The translations under genes and the position numbers were made by a program. A DNA stretch of 64,000 nucleotides, from positions 558,001-622,000 of the forward strand of contig JANJGN010000152.1 of assembly GCA_026770705.1 (NCBI GenBank). Reading direction: 5' to 3'. The notes beneath the pieces are model-generated. The model was not told the origin of the DNA. It saw only the letters and a list, made by a program, of their open reading frames with translations, and did not search any database. Shown piece by piece: positions 36,011 through 50,830 of this stretch. Source of the stretch: Isurus oxyrinchus (Eukaryota). Each line of letters opens with the position of its first letter. Positions within the stretch are counted from its first letter, which is position 1.

Positions 36011-39000
36011 GCTAGATTAATAGAAACTGAGACAGGTTCTAGTGCAGTGTTTACTGATACATGGTCCTGATCAATATAAACTCAGACAATGTCCAGTGCA
36101 GTCATTACTAATACAGGGTCTAGTTCAATAGAATCTGAGACAGGGTCCAGTGCAATGAAAACTGAAGTAGGGTCAAGATTAATATAAACTCAGACAATGT
36201 CCAGTGCAGAGATTATTGATACAGGGCCGAGACAAATATAAACTGAGACTGGGCCTCCTGCAGTGATTGCTGATACAGGGTCTGGATCAATAGAAACTGA
36301 GACAGTGTCCAGTGCCGTGATTACTGAAACAGGGTCTAGATTAACATAAACTGAGACAGAGCCAAGTGTGATGATTACTGATACAGGGTCTGGACGATAA
36401 AAACAGAGGCAGGGCTTAGTGTAGTGATTACTGATACAGGGTCTAGATTAATGTAAACTGAGACAGAGCCTAGTGCAGTGATTTCTGATACAGGGGCTGG
36501 ATCAATATGAACTGAGACAGTGTCCAGTGCAGTGATTACCGATACGGGGTCTAGATTAACATAAATTGAAACAGAGCCTAGTGTGATGATTACTGATACA
36601 GAGTCTAGATTAATATAAAATGAGACAGAGCCTAGTGCAGTGATTACTGATGCAGGCCCAAGGTAAATATAAAGCAGGACAGAGGCTAGTGCATTGATCA
36701 ATGATACAGGATCAGGGTCAATATAAACTGAGACAGTGTCCATTGAAGTAATTACTGATACATGGCCTTAATTGATATGAACTGAGGCGGGCCATATTGC
36801 AGTAATTACTGAACAAGGCTCTAGGGCTAATATAAACTGAGACAGGGTCTAGTGCAGTGATTACTGCTACATGATCTAGATCAATATAAACTGAGACAGT
36901 GTCCAGTGCAGTGATTACTGATACAGGGTCTAGATTAATATAAACTGAGACAGACCCTAGTGTGATGATTACTGATACAGGGTCTAGATGATAAAAACAG
37001 AGACAGGGTCTAGTGCAGTGATTACTGATACATGGTCTAGATCAATATAAACTGAGGCAGTGTCCAGTGGAGTGATTACTGACACGAGGTCTTGATTAAT
37101 ATAAACTGAGATGGGGTCTAGTGCAGTGATACCTGATACAGGCTCTAGCTTGACAGAAACTGAGACAGGGCATTGTGCAGTGATATACTAGATAAGTATA
37201 AACTGGGACAGGGGCTAGAACAGTGATTCCTGTTACAGTGTCTGGACTAAAATAAGTGGAGGCATTCTCTAGAACTGTCATTACTGATACAGGTTCTGGA
37301 CTCATTTAAACTGAGATAAGGTCTAGTGCAGTGAATACTGATACAGGATATGGATTCATATAAACTGATTCTGGGTCTAGTGCAGTGATTACTGGCACAG
37401 CGTCCAGATCAATACAAACAGAGATAGGGACTAGTGCAGTGATTACTGATCCAGGATATGGATTGATATAAACTGATGTTGGGTCTAGTGCAGTGATTAC
37501 TGGCACAGCGTCCAGATCAGTATAAACAGAGACGGTTGACATAAATATATATTGGGATAAGGGCCAGTGCAGTGATTACTGGCACAGGGTCTGGACTCAT
37601 ATAAATGGAGACAGTGTCCAGCGAAGTTATTACTGATAAAGGACCTGGATTGATATAAACTAAGGCAGGCCATAGTACAGTGACTAGTGTTGCAGGGCCA
37701 AGATAAATAAAATCGAGGACAGCGGCTCGTGCAGTGATTACCGATACGGGATCTAGAACAATATAAAGTGAGGGTGCTCATTGCACTGATTATTATACAG
37801 GGTTTGATTTATATAAAATGAGACAGGCTCTAATGCCAGGATTACTGATACAGGGTCTGGATCAATATAAACTGAGACAGTGGCCAGTGCAGTGATTATT
37901 GATACAGGGTCTAGATTAATGTAAAATGAGACTAGTGCACTGATTACTAATACAGGGTCTAGATGATAAAAATGGAGGCAGGGCATAGTGCAGTGATTAC
38001 TGATGCAGGGTCGAGGTGAATATAAACTAGGACAGAGGCTAGTGCATTGATTAATGATACAGGATCAATATCAATATAAACTGAGACAGTGTCCGTTGCA
38101 CTGATTACTGATGCATGGCCTAAATTAATATGAACTGAGTCAGGGCGCAGTGCAGCAGTTACTGATTTAGGGTCTAGATTAATATGAACTGAGGCAAGCC
38201 ATATTGCAGTGATTACTGTCACAGGGACTAGATTAACATAAACTAGGACAGGGGATAGTGCAGTGATTAATGATACAGGATCAGGGTCAATATAAACTGA
38301 AACAGTGTCCATTGAAGTGATTACAGTTACGGGGTGTACATCAGTATAAAATGAGACAGTGTCTAGGGCAGTGATTACTGATCCTAGGTCTTGATAAAAA
38401 TAAAACTGAGATAGTGATTAGTGCAGTGATTACTGATACATGGTCTCGATTAATATGAACTGAGGCATGGCCTAGTGCAGCGATTACTGATTTAGGGTCT
38501 AGATTGATATAAACTAAAGTAGGGAAAATTGCAGTAATTGCTGATACAGGGATGAGATTGACATAAACTGAGGCAGGGCATATTGCAGTGATTACTGGTA
38601 CGGGGTATGGGGTAATAGAAACTGAGTGAGGGCCCAGTGCAATGATTATAGATTCAGGGTGCAGATTATTATAACCAGAACAGGGACAAGTGCAGTGATT
38701 TCTGAAACAGGGCCTTGATTAATATAAACTGAGACAGGCACTTGTACAGTAATTAATGATACACGGTCTGAACTAACATAACCTGAGACAGGGCCTGGTG
38801 CAGTGTTCACTGACACAGGGCCCAGATAAATATAACTGGGACAGGGGCTCGGGCAGTGATTACTGCTGCAGGGACTAAATTAATGTAAACTGAGATAGGT
38901 CTAGTGCAGTGATTACTGATACAGGGTCTCGATTGATAAACAAAATGACGCCTGGCATATTGCACAACATCTAGCTTAATATAAACTGTGGCAGGGCCGA

Positions 39001-39586
39001 ATGCATTGATTACTGACACATGGTCTCAATCAATATGAACTTAGACAATGTCCAGTGCAGCGATTACTGATGCAGAGCCTAGATTAATATAAACTGAGGC
39101 AGGGCCTCATGCAGTGATAATTGATACAGGGTCGAGATTAATAGAAACAGAGAGAGGGCCAAGTGCACTGAATACTGATAGAGGGTCTAAATTGATATAA
39201 ACTGAGGTAGGCCATATTGCTGTAATTACTGACACAGTGTCCCGATCAATATAAACTGAGATAGGTCCAAGTGCAGTGATTACTGATACAGGGTCTGGAT
39301 TAATATAAAGTGAGACAGGGCCTTGTGCAGTCATTACTGATACAAGATCTAGATTAATATAAACTGAGAGAGCCTCAAGTACAGAGATTACAGATACAGG
39401 ATCTAGATTATTATATTCTGAGACAGATCTAGTGCAGAGACTACTGATACATGGTCTAGCTCAATATAAACTGTGGCAGGGCACAGTGCAGTGATTACTG
39501 ATGCTCTAAAGTAATGTAAGGAAGACAACGTCTAGTACGGTGATTACAGATACAGGTTCTAGATTGATAAAAACTGAGGCAGGGAA

Positions 39587-40676
39587 GAATATAATTCTAA
39601 AATTTGATTAGTTGTAGGAGACAGAGGGTGATGACAGAAAGACGCTTTAGTGACTGGAAGCCAGGGTCCAGTACCACAGGGATCTGTGCTGGGTCCCCGA
39701 TTATTTGTTATTAATATAAACGAAAGTAGATGCCTACATGTGGGGTAGGATTAGTAAGTTTGCGGAGGATACAGAGATTGGCCGGTTGGTTAACAGTGAT
39801 GTTGAGTGTTTTGGGCTACAGGAAGATATAGATGGAATGGTCAAATGGGCAGATAAGTGGCAGATGGAATTTAGCACTGAAAAGTACGAGGTGATACATC
39901 TTTGAAGGAGTAACTTGACTAGGAAATATTCAATGAATGGGATGACACTAGGAAGTTCTGAGGAACAAAGGGACCTTGGCGTGTGTGTCCATAGGTCTCT
40001 GAAGGCAGAGGGGCATCTTGGTGGGGTGGTGAAAAAGGCATATGAGACAGTTGCCTTTATCAATCGAGGCATAGATTACAAAAGTAGGAAGGCCATGTTG
40101 GACTTGTATGGAACCTTGGTGAGGTCACAGCTTGAGTACCATATGCAGTTCTGGTCGCTACATTATAGGAAGGATGTGATGCACTGGAGAGGGTGCAGAG
40201 GAGATTCACCAGGATGTTGCCTGGTATGAAACATTTAAGTTATAAAGAGAGGTTGGGTTGTTTTCATTGGAGCAGAGAAGACTGAGGGGAGACCTGATCG
40301 AGGTGTACAAGATTATGAGGGGTGTGGACAGAGTGAATAGGGAGCAGCTGTTGCCCATAGTTGAAGGGTCAGTCACAAGGAGACATAAGTTCAAGGTGAG
40401 GGGCAGGAGGTTTAGGGGGCTTTTGAGGAAAACCTTTTTTACCCAGAGGGTGGTGATGGTCTGGAATGTGCTGCCTGGTAGGGTGGTGGAGGTGGGTTGC
40501 CTTACATCCTTTAAAAAGTACTTGGATGAGCACTTGGCACATCATAACATTCAAGGCTATGGGCCAAGTGCTATAAATGGGATTAGGCAGGTAGGTCAGG
40601 TGTTTTTCACGTGTCTGTGCAGACTCGATGGGCCAAAGGGCCTCTTCTGCACTGTGTGATTCTGTGATTCTGTGAT
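39587..40676 (+). mobile_element. 5'-truncated CR1 LINE within the satellite
   Basis: RT and C-terminal motifs (SKFAEDT, LVRSQLEYHMQFWS, RRLRGDLIEVYKIM); (gattctgt)n tail. Confidence 0.9.
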
Positions 40677-42639
40677 AGTATAAACTGATTACTGATACAG
40701 GTCTAGATCAATATCAAGTGAGACAGTGTCTAGTGCAGTGATTACTGACACAGAATCTAGATTAATACAAACTGTGGCAGGGCCGAGTGCTGTGATTACT
40801 GACACAGGGACGAGATTATTATAAACTAGGACAGGGGCTATAGTGCAGGAATTAATGATACAGGATCAGGATCAATATAAACTGAGACAGGTGTAGTAAT
40901 TAATGATACAGGATCAGGATCAATATAAACTGAGGCAGTGTCCTTTCCAATGATTACTGTTAGAAGGTCTGGACTAATATAAACTGAATCAGGGCCTAGA
41001 GCAGTCATTACTAATACAGGGTCAAGATTAATAGAAACTGAGACAGGGTCCAGTGCAGTGTTTACTGATACATGGTCCTGATCAATATAAATTCGGACAA
41101 TGTCCATGCAGTCATTACTAATTCAGGGTCGAGATTAATAGAAACTGAGACAGGGCCTAGTGCAGTGGTTACTGATGCAGGGTGTAGATTAACATAAACT
41201 CAGACAATGTCCAGTGCAGAGATGACTGACACAGGGTCTAGATTAATGTAAACTGAGACAGGGTCCACTGCAGCAATTAATGATACAGGGTCTAAATTAA
41301 TATAAACTGAGACAGTGTCTAGTGCAGTGATTCCTGATATATGGTCTGGACTAGAATAAACTGAGACAGGGCCAAGTGCAAGAATTAGTTCATCATTGAT
41401 GCCCATATCCCAAGAACGAATTAAAACACTGCAAAATACTGCGGGTTCCGGAAATCTAAAGCAGGGCAAAATATAACCACTCAGCAGGTCAGTGGGCATC
41501 AATAGAGAGAGAAACAGGTCAAACGTTCAGGCTGATGACAGGTGCAAAATCTCCCTTGGTACCAATCTATAGAGCAGGACTGTTCTCCCCACTGTCCTAG
41601 TCCAGTATTCATTCTTCAGCTAAAATCACATATTATCTCATCATTTTTTGCAGCTCTATTCGTGGGAGCTTGCTGTGCACAAATCACCGGATGGATTTCC
41701 AATATTACAGCAGTGACTAAACTTCAACAAATGTACATCAGCGAATTTCAAGGGCTTTAGGATTTCATGGGGTCGTAAGCAGCGTTCTATAAATGTAAAT
41801 TCTTCCTAAATGTTAACATTTAAAAATGCTGGTTGTGATATGTTGAAAACTTTGAGATTAATATGATTATAGGTCGCTCCTCTGGCTGCTGTTTTAAATT
41901 GTCCATTTTTAATCGGTTAAATCTTCCAACAAATTGACATTGAGTGTAATCCCAGCCTGTTCAAATATTCATCATTGATTGTGACAGTAGAACTTTCAGA
42001 ATTGAATTATTAATTTAAATGTATTTTTAATTATTTGAAATAAATAACATCTGTTCTAATGGATGTTGAAAATGTTTCTATTAATTTTATACCAACTGTC
42101 AATATTCTTAAAATAAACTCTTGTTTTGAGTTGAAACCAATCAATAAGTGTCTGTGTTTATCTGGTTTTGCTGCCATGAACACTTAATTGAAATCAGTGA
42201 GGCGTTTATGTAAATAAACACAGAAATAGAAGTCCCAGATTAGATTCTGGATACACAAAAGCACAGTAAATATTTCCCCATCAACATAGCACAAAAATAG
42301 AGTCAAACATGCAAATACATCAACCGATTTCAGTAGCAATTGTTTTTTGGGCATTTTTAAAATCAGTTAAATGAGAATTATGTCACGATGATATCTCTGT
42401 TCAGAATTAAGTAAGATTCCCACTTATCATGAAATATAATGTCATGGCAAATGTGTTTGTAGGGATGTCCTGTATCCTCTCTCTCTGTCTCTTTCTCCTC
42501 TCTGGTACTTTGTCTTGTCTCTCCACCATGGGTCACTGTCTTTACTCCACAACATGAAGTCAATGTCTAGCCAATATATTTTCTCAGCCCGGTTCATACA
42601 CTTCAAACTAAATTGATCTAATGAAATGGATTATAATCC

Positions 42640-43570
42640 GTAGAGGGAACTTTATTCTAAATCTGTTTTGAGCATTCACTGACTTGAGAGTGCTTGGTGG
42701 GAAACTGCAGATGAAACTTTACTCTGTATCTAACCTGTGTTGCAGCCAGGAGGGTAGATTTGATGTGGCCGTGCCGAAGGATCTTTCCCTGTATCTAACC
42801 CGTGCTGTTCCTGCCTTTGGAGTGTCTGATGGAGTGTAGAGGGAGCTTTACTTTGCACCTAACCTGCACTGTGACTGCCCTGGGAGTGTTTGATACGACT
42901 GTGTAGAGGGAGATTTATTCTGTATCTAAACTGTGCTATACCTGGCCTGGGAGTAATTGATAGGGTAGTTTAGAGGGAGTGTTACTCTGCATCTAAACCA
43001 CGCTATATTTGACATGGCTGTAGACACTGTAGAGGGGGATTTGCCCCTATCTAAGCCCTGGAAATACTTGATGTGATGACGCAGAGGCAGCTTTCCTCTT
43101 TACCTGCCCCTAGTGTCGAGCTTCCTGGGAAATGTCTGATGAAGAGTGCAGAGGAAACCTTGCACTGCATAGAACCCTTACCCTACATGCCTCAACTGTG
43201 TTTGAGCGGACAATGTAGAGGAAGTTTTACCCTGTTTCTGAACTGTGCTGCACCTGTCCTGGAATGTTTGATGGCGACAGTGTCGAGGGAGATTCACTCT
43301 GAATCTAACCCATGCTATACCTGCATTGGGAGATTTTCATGTGGCAATGCAGAGGGAACTTTACATTATTAATGTAGCCCCATGCTACATCTGCCCTGGG
43401 GCTGTTTGATGGAGCCGTGGGCCTTGTCTATGCATTACACTAGACCGTGTCCAACCCGTGCTGTACCTGCCCTGGGAGTGTTCAATGTGACAATGTAGAG
43501 GTAGCTTTAATTTCTGTGACTAGCCCCATGCTGCATCTGTCCTGGGAGTGTTTGATGGGACAGTAGACCC
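42640..43570. repeat. ~65-bp tandem repeat (gtagagggagctttactctgtatctaacccgtgctgtacctgccctgggagtgtttgatgggaca)
   Basis: Multiple diverged units; further copies at ~58900-59010 and ~59620-59850. Confidence 0.8.
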
Positions 43571-44120
43571 TGTCTTGATATTGCATTCGACCGTGACCCT
43601 GTCTCTGTTTATATTGCAGTCGACCCTGCCTCTGTTTGTATTACACTAGGCCCTGTTCCTGTTTATGTTGCACCCAACATGTCTCTGTTTATATTGCACT
43701 AGACAGTGTCTCTGTTTACATTGCACTAGGCCCTGCCCCTGTTTATATGACACTCAACATGTCTCTCTATATTATATTCGACCTGCCACTGTTTATATTG
43801 CATGAGACGCTGTCTCTGTTTATATTGCACTAGGCCCTGCCCCGGTATATATTACACTAGACCCTGTTTCTGTTTATGTTACACTAGACCCTGTCTCTAT
43901 TTATTTTACACTGGATGCCGTTTCTGTTTATATTACTCTAGATCCTGTCTTTGCTTCTATTAAACAAGGCCCTGTCTCTGTTTATATTATAATTGACCTG
44001 TCTCTGTATATATTAATCTAGAACTGTCTCTGTATTTCAGTAGCCACTGTCTCAGTTCTGTGCTAGATCATATCTGTATTTAAATTACATTAGACCCTGC
44101 CTCTGCTATTACTGCACTAC
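43570..44120. repeat. 27-bp-family minisatellite
   Basis: cctgtctctgtttatattacactagac units. Confidence 0.8.
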
Positions 44121-44599
44121 ACACATGCCATAATGTGGAAATTGGCTGGGGTGGAAATAGTGAAGATAAGGCAGCAAGATGGTGGGAACAATTAACATGG
44201 GGGCCTATTTAGTTGTTATAACTTGTCCTCCCTGCATCCCAGATTTGTGCTCATGATCTGCAGACCTCTCTTCTTTGCAGCTGTTTAAATTAAACCATTT
44301 AACTCCTATTTTCAGGGTCTAGTGCAATAAAGTAAGGGAATTTACTAATGTAATATAAACTGAGGACAATTACATAAATAACTGAGACAGGACCTGATGT
44401 TACAGAAACAGAAACATGGACTAGAACAGTAACAAAGAGACAGGCCCATTAAAATATGAACAGAGACATGGTGGAGAGCAGCAATAACTGAGACAGAGTC
44501 CAGTGTTACAGAAACAGAATCACGGACTAGAGAAGTAACAATGAGACAGGCTGAGTGTAATATTAACAGAAACACGGTGGAATGCAGCAATATTGACAC

Positions 44600-47050
44600 C
44601 ATATTGAAGTCCCACAGAACCAGATAAGATCTGGGTGGAGATACCTCCTGGCGATTACCACCTATTGCCCTCCCTCAGCTGATGAATCTGTACTCCATCA
44701 TCTTTAGCACTGCGTGGAAGAAACACTGAGGGTAGCAAGGGCAAAGAATATGCTGTGAATTTGCAAAATCATTTACCATTTGACAAGACCAAGAATGCCG
44801 GAGCTGGATGAGTCCTGAACGACGTATCTGACAGGATGGACCTGCCACAGATGGTTAGAGAGCCAACACGAGGGAAACCCTTACCTGATCTCCGGTCCAC
44901 CACACTATTGATATAAATGTGATCGACCCCTGCACTGTCCTTACGGAAACCCAGGCCGGTATTCACACTGAGCACATTCTCCATTGTGTTGTGCAGCACT
45001 GCTGCTGTGCTAAACGGGATACATTCAGAACAGATCTAGCAGCTCAAAACTTAGCATCAACGAGATATTGTTGGACATTAACAGCAGGATAGTTGCATTC
45101 AATCACACCCTGTAATCTCATGGACCAGAATATCCCTCACTCAAACCTGAGTGTGCCTATCCACAGATTCCTAAAGATAGCAGAGCAGGTAGATGAGGTG
45201 GTTAAGAAGGCATATGGGTTACTTGCCTTTATTATCTGAGGCATAAAACACAAGAGCAGGCAGGTTATGCTGGAACTTTATAAAACGTTGGTTAGGCCAC
45301 AACTGGAGCACTACTTGCAGTTCTGGTCATCACATTTCTAGGAAGTATGTGACTGCACTGGAGAGAGTGCAGAGGAGATTTACCAAGATGCTATCTGGGC
45401 TGGAACATCTGAACTATGAGGAAAGATTGGATATGCTAGGCTGTTTTCCTTGGGGAACGATGCTTGAGGGGGTGCTGAGGGGCATGGGCAGAATGGATAG
45501 GAAGGCACCTTTTCCATTAGTACAGGGGTCATAAACCAGAGAGCAGAGATTTTAGATAAGAGGTAGAAGGCTAAGAGGGGAGTTGAGGAGAATCTTTTTC
45601 ACCCAGGGGGTGGTAGGAATTTGGAACTCACTGCCCGAAAGGATGGTTGAGTCAGAAACTCTAGTAACATTTAAGAAGGATTTAAATGTTCATTTAAGCT
45701 GCCATAGCCTCCAGGGCTATGAGCCAAGTGCGGGAAAATGGGATTAGTGTAATCAGATCTTTGTTTACCGGGGCGGGTAACGATGAGCCGAATGGCCTCC
45801 ATCTGTGCTGTAAACGTCTCTGAGTCTTTGAGTCTAACATCCAGCCTGGGAATAATGAGGAATGTAGGCCAGCAGGTCAGAAGCAAGACCAGGCATACCT
45901 GAAATTGATGAACCATAGCGCGAAGAGAGAATAATGTACATAATGGACAACAGATTAGGTCCGCCCGCTCGCAGCTCAATCAGTCTACTCTCAATCATCA
46001 GTAAAGTGACTGAAGGTGTCGCCAAAATGCCCACCAAAGCTCAGACTGAATCCACCAGGATCAGCCAGCATCAAAGCTCATTGTAAACTTGGTCTGAACA
46101 TGGACAAGAGAGCGAACTTCCAGACATGATGTATGAGTGCTTCAGTACTTGATTTCAAAGTAGTTATTAACTGAGTCTGGTATCAGGAAGCCTTGGAAAG
46201 TGTCAGGTCAATGGGAATCAGGGGCAAGTCTCTCCACTGGCTGGAGTCACACCTAGCAAATATGAAGATGTTGTGTTGTTGAAGACCAATCATCTCGGCA
46301 CCAGGACATCATTCCAGGAGTCTCTCAGAGACCAACCATCTTCAGCAGCTTGATCAATGACCCTCCTTTCATTGCTGGGTCAGGAGTGGGGATGTTCACT
46401 CATATTTGCACAGTGTTCAGTTCCATTTATGACCTCTCAGATGATGAAACCGTCCTTACTTATTGCATCTCGAACTGGACAAGTTTGAGCTGATAAGTTG
46501 CAAGTGATATAAGCAGCACTCAAGTGCCAGGCAATGACCAACTCCAACAATAAGGAACCAAATATCTCCCCTTGACGTTCAAAAGACATTACCATCACTG
46601 AAACCCACAATCAACGTTGTGCAGGTGGCATTGAACAGAAACTGATCTGGATCAGCCATATAAATACTATGGCTACAAGAGTAGTTCAGAGGCTGGGAAT
46701 CATGTGGCGAATAACTCACCTCCAGATTCCACAAAGCCTTTCCACTATCTGCAAATCTGGAAGTCAAATGCCTGTTGGAAATTGTTTACTTTCCTTGACA
46801 AATGTAACTGCAGCAACTCTCAAGAACTTCCACACCAACCAGGGGAAATCAACCCCTTGTTAGGCTCCTCATCCAGGAATTAAACATTCACTCTTTTCAC
46901 CACCAACACACAGTGGCTGCAGTATTCAAAGCAGCAACTCGCCAAGGCCTCTTCAACAACACCTTCCATACCTGTGACCTCCACCTCCCAGAATACTAAG
47001 GGCAACAAGCACATGGGAACACAATGCCCTGCACCCTCCTACACATACCA
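44600..47050 (+). mobile_element. Degenerate LINE (CR1/L2 group) with a nested CR1 3' fragment at ~45150-45830
   Basis: EPTRGKPLPDL endonuclease-like remnant and RT remnants; nested ALERVQRRFTKMLSGL segment. Confidence 0.65.
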
Positions 47051-47644
47051 CTCCATAGATGGGAAACTGGCCTTTGGCCAGTTTCTGCTGACTGCACTGA
47101 AAATGAATATCAAGTGCTGCGTAGCATATACGGCCGATCCGATACTGTCCTTTCAGATACCGATTCCTAGCCTAATGTAGTTATTATAATATTATCTCTC
47201 CATCTCACAGAAACATGGAGTAATGCAGCTCTAATTTAAACAGAGGCATAGATAAAAGCAAAATTCTGCAAATGCTGGAAATCTGAAATTAAGACAGAAA
47301 ATGCTGGACAAACTCAGCAGGTTGGACAGCATCTGTGGAGAGAGAAACAGAGTTAAATGTTTCGAGTCCATATGATTCTTCTTCAGAAACATAGCCTAGT
47401 GTCATAGTTACAATGACCACTATAATGTAGACATAGTCAAGATTTAATATAACATAAACAGAGACAGGGCCTAGGGTAATATAAACAGAGAAAGAATCCA
47501 GTGCAATACAAACTGAGATGGCTTCCAGTGGAACATTAATGAGATAGGGTCTATTTTCATACAAACAGAGGCCTGACCCAGCACAATAGAAATAAATTAG
47601 TTCCCAGGGAATTAATAATCGAACTAGGATCCTGTATAATATGG

Positions 47645-48130
47645 GAGGGACGATCGTGCCGTGGGAACTTCACTGGATCAGTAACCCAGAGATCCAGGCC
47701 TTTTCCCTGGGGGTAGAGGTTTGAATCCCATTATGGCAGCATGTGGAATCCAAATTCAATTAATAAATCTGGAATTGAAAGCTCATCTCAATAATGGTGA
47801 CCATGAAACTATAATCGGTTATATTAAACATCCACCTGGTTCACCGATGCACTTTAGGGAAGGAAATCTGCCGTCCTGACCCAGTCTGACCTACATTTGT
47901 TTTTTTGTTCGTTCATGAGAATGGGGGCGGCGCTGGCTAGGCCAGCATTTATTGCCCATCCCTAACTGCCCCCTTAAGAACAGTGTGGCTTGTTAGGATG
48001 GGTTTTTACGACAATGCTTTCATAGTCACCATTAGATTTTTCAATTCAAATTTCACCATCTGGCATGGTGGGATTCAAACCCAGACCCCCAGCGATTTAC
48101 TAGCCCAGTGAGAATAGCAGCACATCACCA
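47645..48130. mobile_element. Two shark SINE copies in opposite orientation
   Basis: Plus copy ~47645-47895 and minus copy ~47905-48130, matching 51622-52010. Confidence 0.7.
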
Positions 48131-49189
48131 CCTCCCATACATATAACTCCAGACCCACAGCTTTGTGGAGCCCCATTCTCCAGTTACTTGTTTACTTGTC
48201 CACCACCATTTACAACTGGATGTGACAGGACTGCAGAGGTAAATCCGATCCGGTTTGAATTGGGAACCTCCAGACTGTGTGATATAAATATTGGTGTTGA
48301 TTGTTGCAGTATTAATTGAAACAGGGTACTTTGAAACATAAAGAGGGACAGTGTTTGGTCTAACACAAAAATAGATGGAGTTCAATTTAAATAGACAGAG
48401 AGTGGGTCCAATGCAGTGTTAATTGAGAGAATGCCTGCTTCATAGAATGTGTCCATCAAGATTTCACATCCATCTGCTGGCCAAACTTTGCAATTGCAGC
48501 TACTGTGAAAATGTTGCTGTCAGGTTAAGTCTTTGACATTATTGTATCAAGAATCCACTTCCCCAGGTGTCACACCACATCGCCTTCTGTGGGAGGTGGT
48601 GTCAAAATTTAACAAAATTCAACTAATTGCAGGTGGACGTGGCTGATTAGCGCACGGGAAAGTCAGCACCAGAGTAAAGCGGCCCAATTCCTGGTGATGT
48701 AACTTTGTTCATCTTGATCAAAGGGAGGGATGTTGACCAGGGAGCTGTATAGAGACCATTGGAGCATTAATATCCACCTCAACGAACATAGTGTTGGGAA
48801 GAGTTTATTGGTTCATGATACCACCTGAAAGACAGTTAGGGTCATTTTCTTCAATAGTTAAAGGCTATGGAGCCTCCCAGGAAGTCAAAGTGCGATCTTA
48901 AGTTGAAGCACAAGATGCCATCTTGGTCTGTGTTTGTGTGTGTGTGTTTCTGTGTGTGTGTGTGTGAAGGAGATTGGGAGGGAGCGAAAGAGAGGGATAA
49001 GCAAATCACATTGTTTGCAACTGAATTTCACGAAGATCCTGGACAACCTTACATCTATGAAAGGTCACAGACACACAATGGGAACAAAGCCATTTCCGAT
49101 GTGCTGATTGCTAAGGAGGCCAATTGTTGTGAGGCAGTATCTGCCACAAGTGCTGCACATGAACCTAGAAAATGTCGTTGTGGCTTCTT

Positions 49190-50580
49190 TTTCTCCCCGG
49201 TGTTAGCCTGGATTACCAAGCCACTGTAGCCACTGGTCAACGTGGTGGTTCACGCCAAACCACAGGAGGTATCACCATTTTCCTCACTCGTCAGTTAGGG
49301 ACACTCAGTTGTGATAATCGATATTTAGGGCCTTCACTTCTAGTATCCTTGAAGCGGAGCTTTGGGCGTCCCACTGGTTGTCTGCGTCCGGCTCCCTCAC
49401 CATACAGAAAATCCTTGTGTATGTGACCATCTTCCATCCTGCGAACGTTCCCAAGACACAAAAACCGCTTCTGTTTGATGAGTTCTGCAGTTTTGGGAGC
49501 TCTGCCTTTGACAGTACCACTGCATTTGTGACTTTATCCTGCCAGTACATACCCAAGCTGCGCAGCAGGCAGTGAAGGTGGAAATTGTGGGGCTTCTTTT
49601 CTTGATAACTGTAATTCATTTATGTTTCACAGCCATAGAGAAAGGTGCTGAGAACACAGGCCTTATAAACCATCAGCTTGGTCCTAAGGGCCAGTTTGAT
49701 GTTATTCCAGGGGTGTTTCACGAGTCAGCCAAAGGTGGCAGCTGCTTTCCCCATACGGGTATCAAGTTCTGCAGCAAGGAACAGGCTGCCTGTCACCTTG
49801 GAACCCAGGGAGCAGAATTTACTTCCATCGGTTTTTTATTTAGTGTGATCAATGACGGAAATACAATACCTTATCCCATGACCACGGTTTTCTCCATGCT
49901 TATAGTCAGGGAGAACAAGTTACAGGCATGGGAGAGTCAGCTCATCAGTCTTTGTGGATGAGTTTCCGTTTTGATGACACAGTTATCAGCGTGGAGGAGT
50001 TCTCTGATCAAGATTCAATGTGTTTATGTCTTCACTTTCGACTTATAGATTGTGGAGCTTGTGGTCTGATCGAGTGTGTAAGTCGACTCCTTCCATATTT
50101 ACAGGGAAGACAAAGATCAGCAGCATGTAGAAGGTGCCCAACAGAGTGGGGATTGGACACTGGTATTTTTCACTCCAGTCTTCACTCCGAATCTGTCGGA
50201 TGTGGAATCATCAATCTGTACAGTGCAGTGCATGTTTTCATGCAACGAGTGAATGAGACTGAGGCGCTTTGGTGAACAGCCAGTTTTCCCAAATGCCTTG
50301 TAGAGTCCTGTTCTGCTGATGGTGTCCAGCGTGTGGAGCAAATCATGTCCAGAGTATAGCTTCAGTTAAAAACATCAAATTGTGCTTCAGCCTGCAACCA
50401 GATGAAGTCTTTAAAGCATGACCTGAGCAAAGGCCTTCCCCGTTACTCTATGAATGAGATGTCCCTGTAGTTGTTGCAGTCTCACCTGTCGGCTTTGTTT
50501 TCAGATAGTGTGGTGATTTTTGCATCATTCACCTCCTGTGGAACGGATCTTATCTTTCAGCAGAGTAGAAGAAGATTGTA
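49190..50580 (-). mobile_element. RTE-clade LINE fragment
   Basis: FHLHCLLRSLGMYWQDKVTNAVVL and DTISRTGLYKAFGKTGCSPKRLSLIHSLHENM motifs. Confidence 0.8.
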
Positions 50581-50589
50581 AAGGCTGAG

Positions 50590-50830
50590 AAAGATAAATA
50601 ATTATCAACACCAATTATTATCAGCTCACGAAGGTAAATAATTATCTTCAAGAATTATCATCAATTCACAAAGATAAATAAGTATATTCACCAAATGGCA
50701 TCCATTCACAAAGATAAATAATAATATTCACCAACTATCATCAATCCACAAAGATAAATTATATTCACCAATTACCATCAATTCACAAGACAAATAATTA
50801 TATTCAGCAATTATCATCCATTCACAAATA
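50590..50830. repeat. AT-rich minisatellite (attatcatcaattcacaaagataaataa)
   Basis: About six diverged tandem units. Confidence 0.75.

Larger units (their letters stand above)
31486..41378. repeat. ~10-kb satellite array, 54-bp unit built from two related 27-bp monomers
   Basis: Unit acagggtctagattaatataaactgag + acagggcctagtgcagtgattactgat; period of 54 checked at 36842/36896; interrupted by CR1 pieces. Confidence 0.95.

Noticed and set aside
31450-41107. Many ORFs with repeated PVSVITAL/VSVYINLD peptides; CRISPR-like periodicity
   Set aside because: Translations of the 54-bp satellite; no unique spacers and the context is vertebrate
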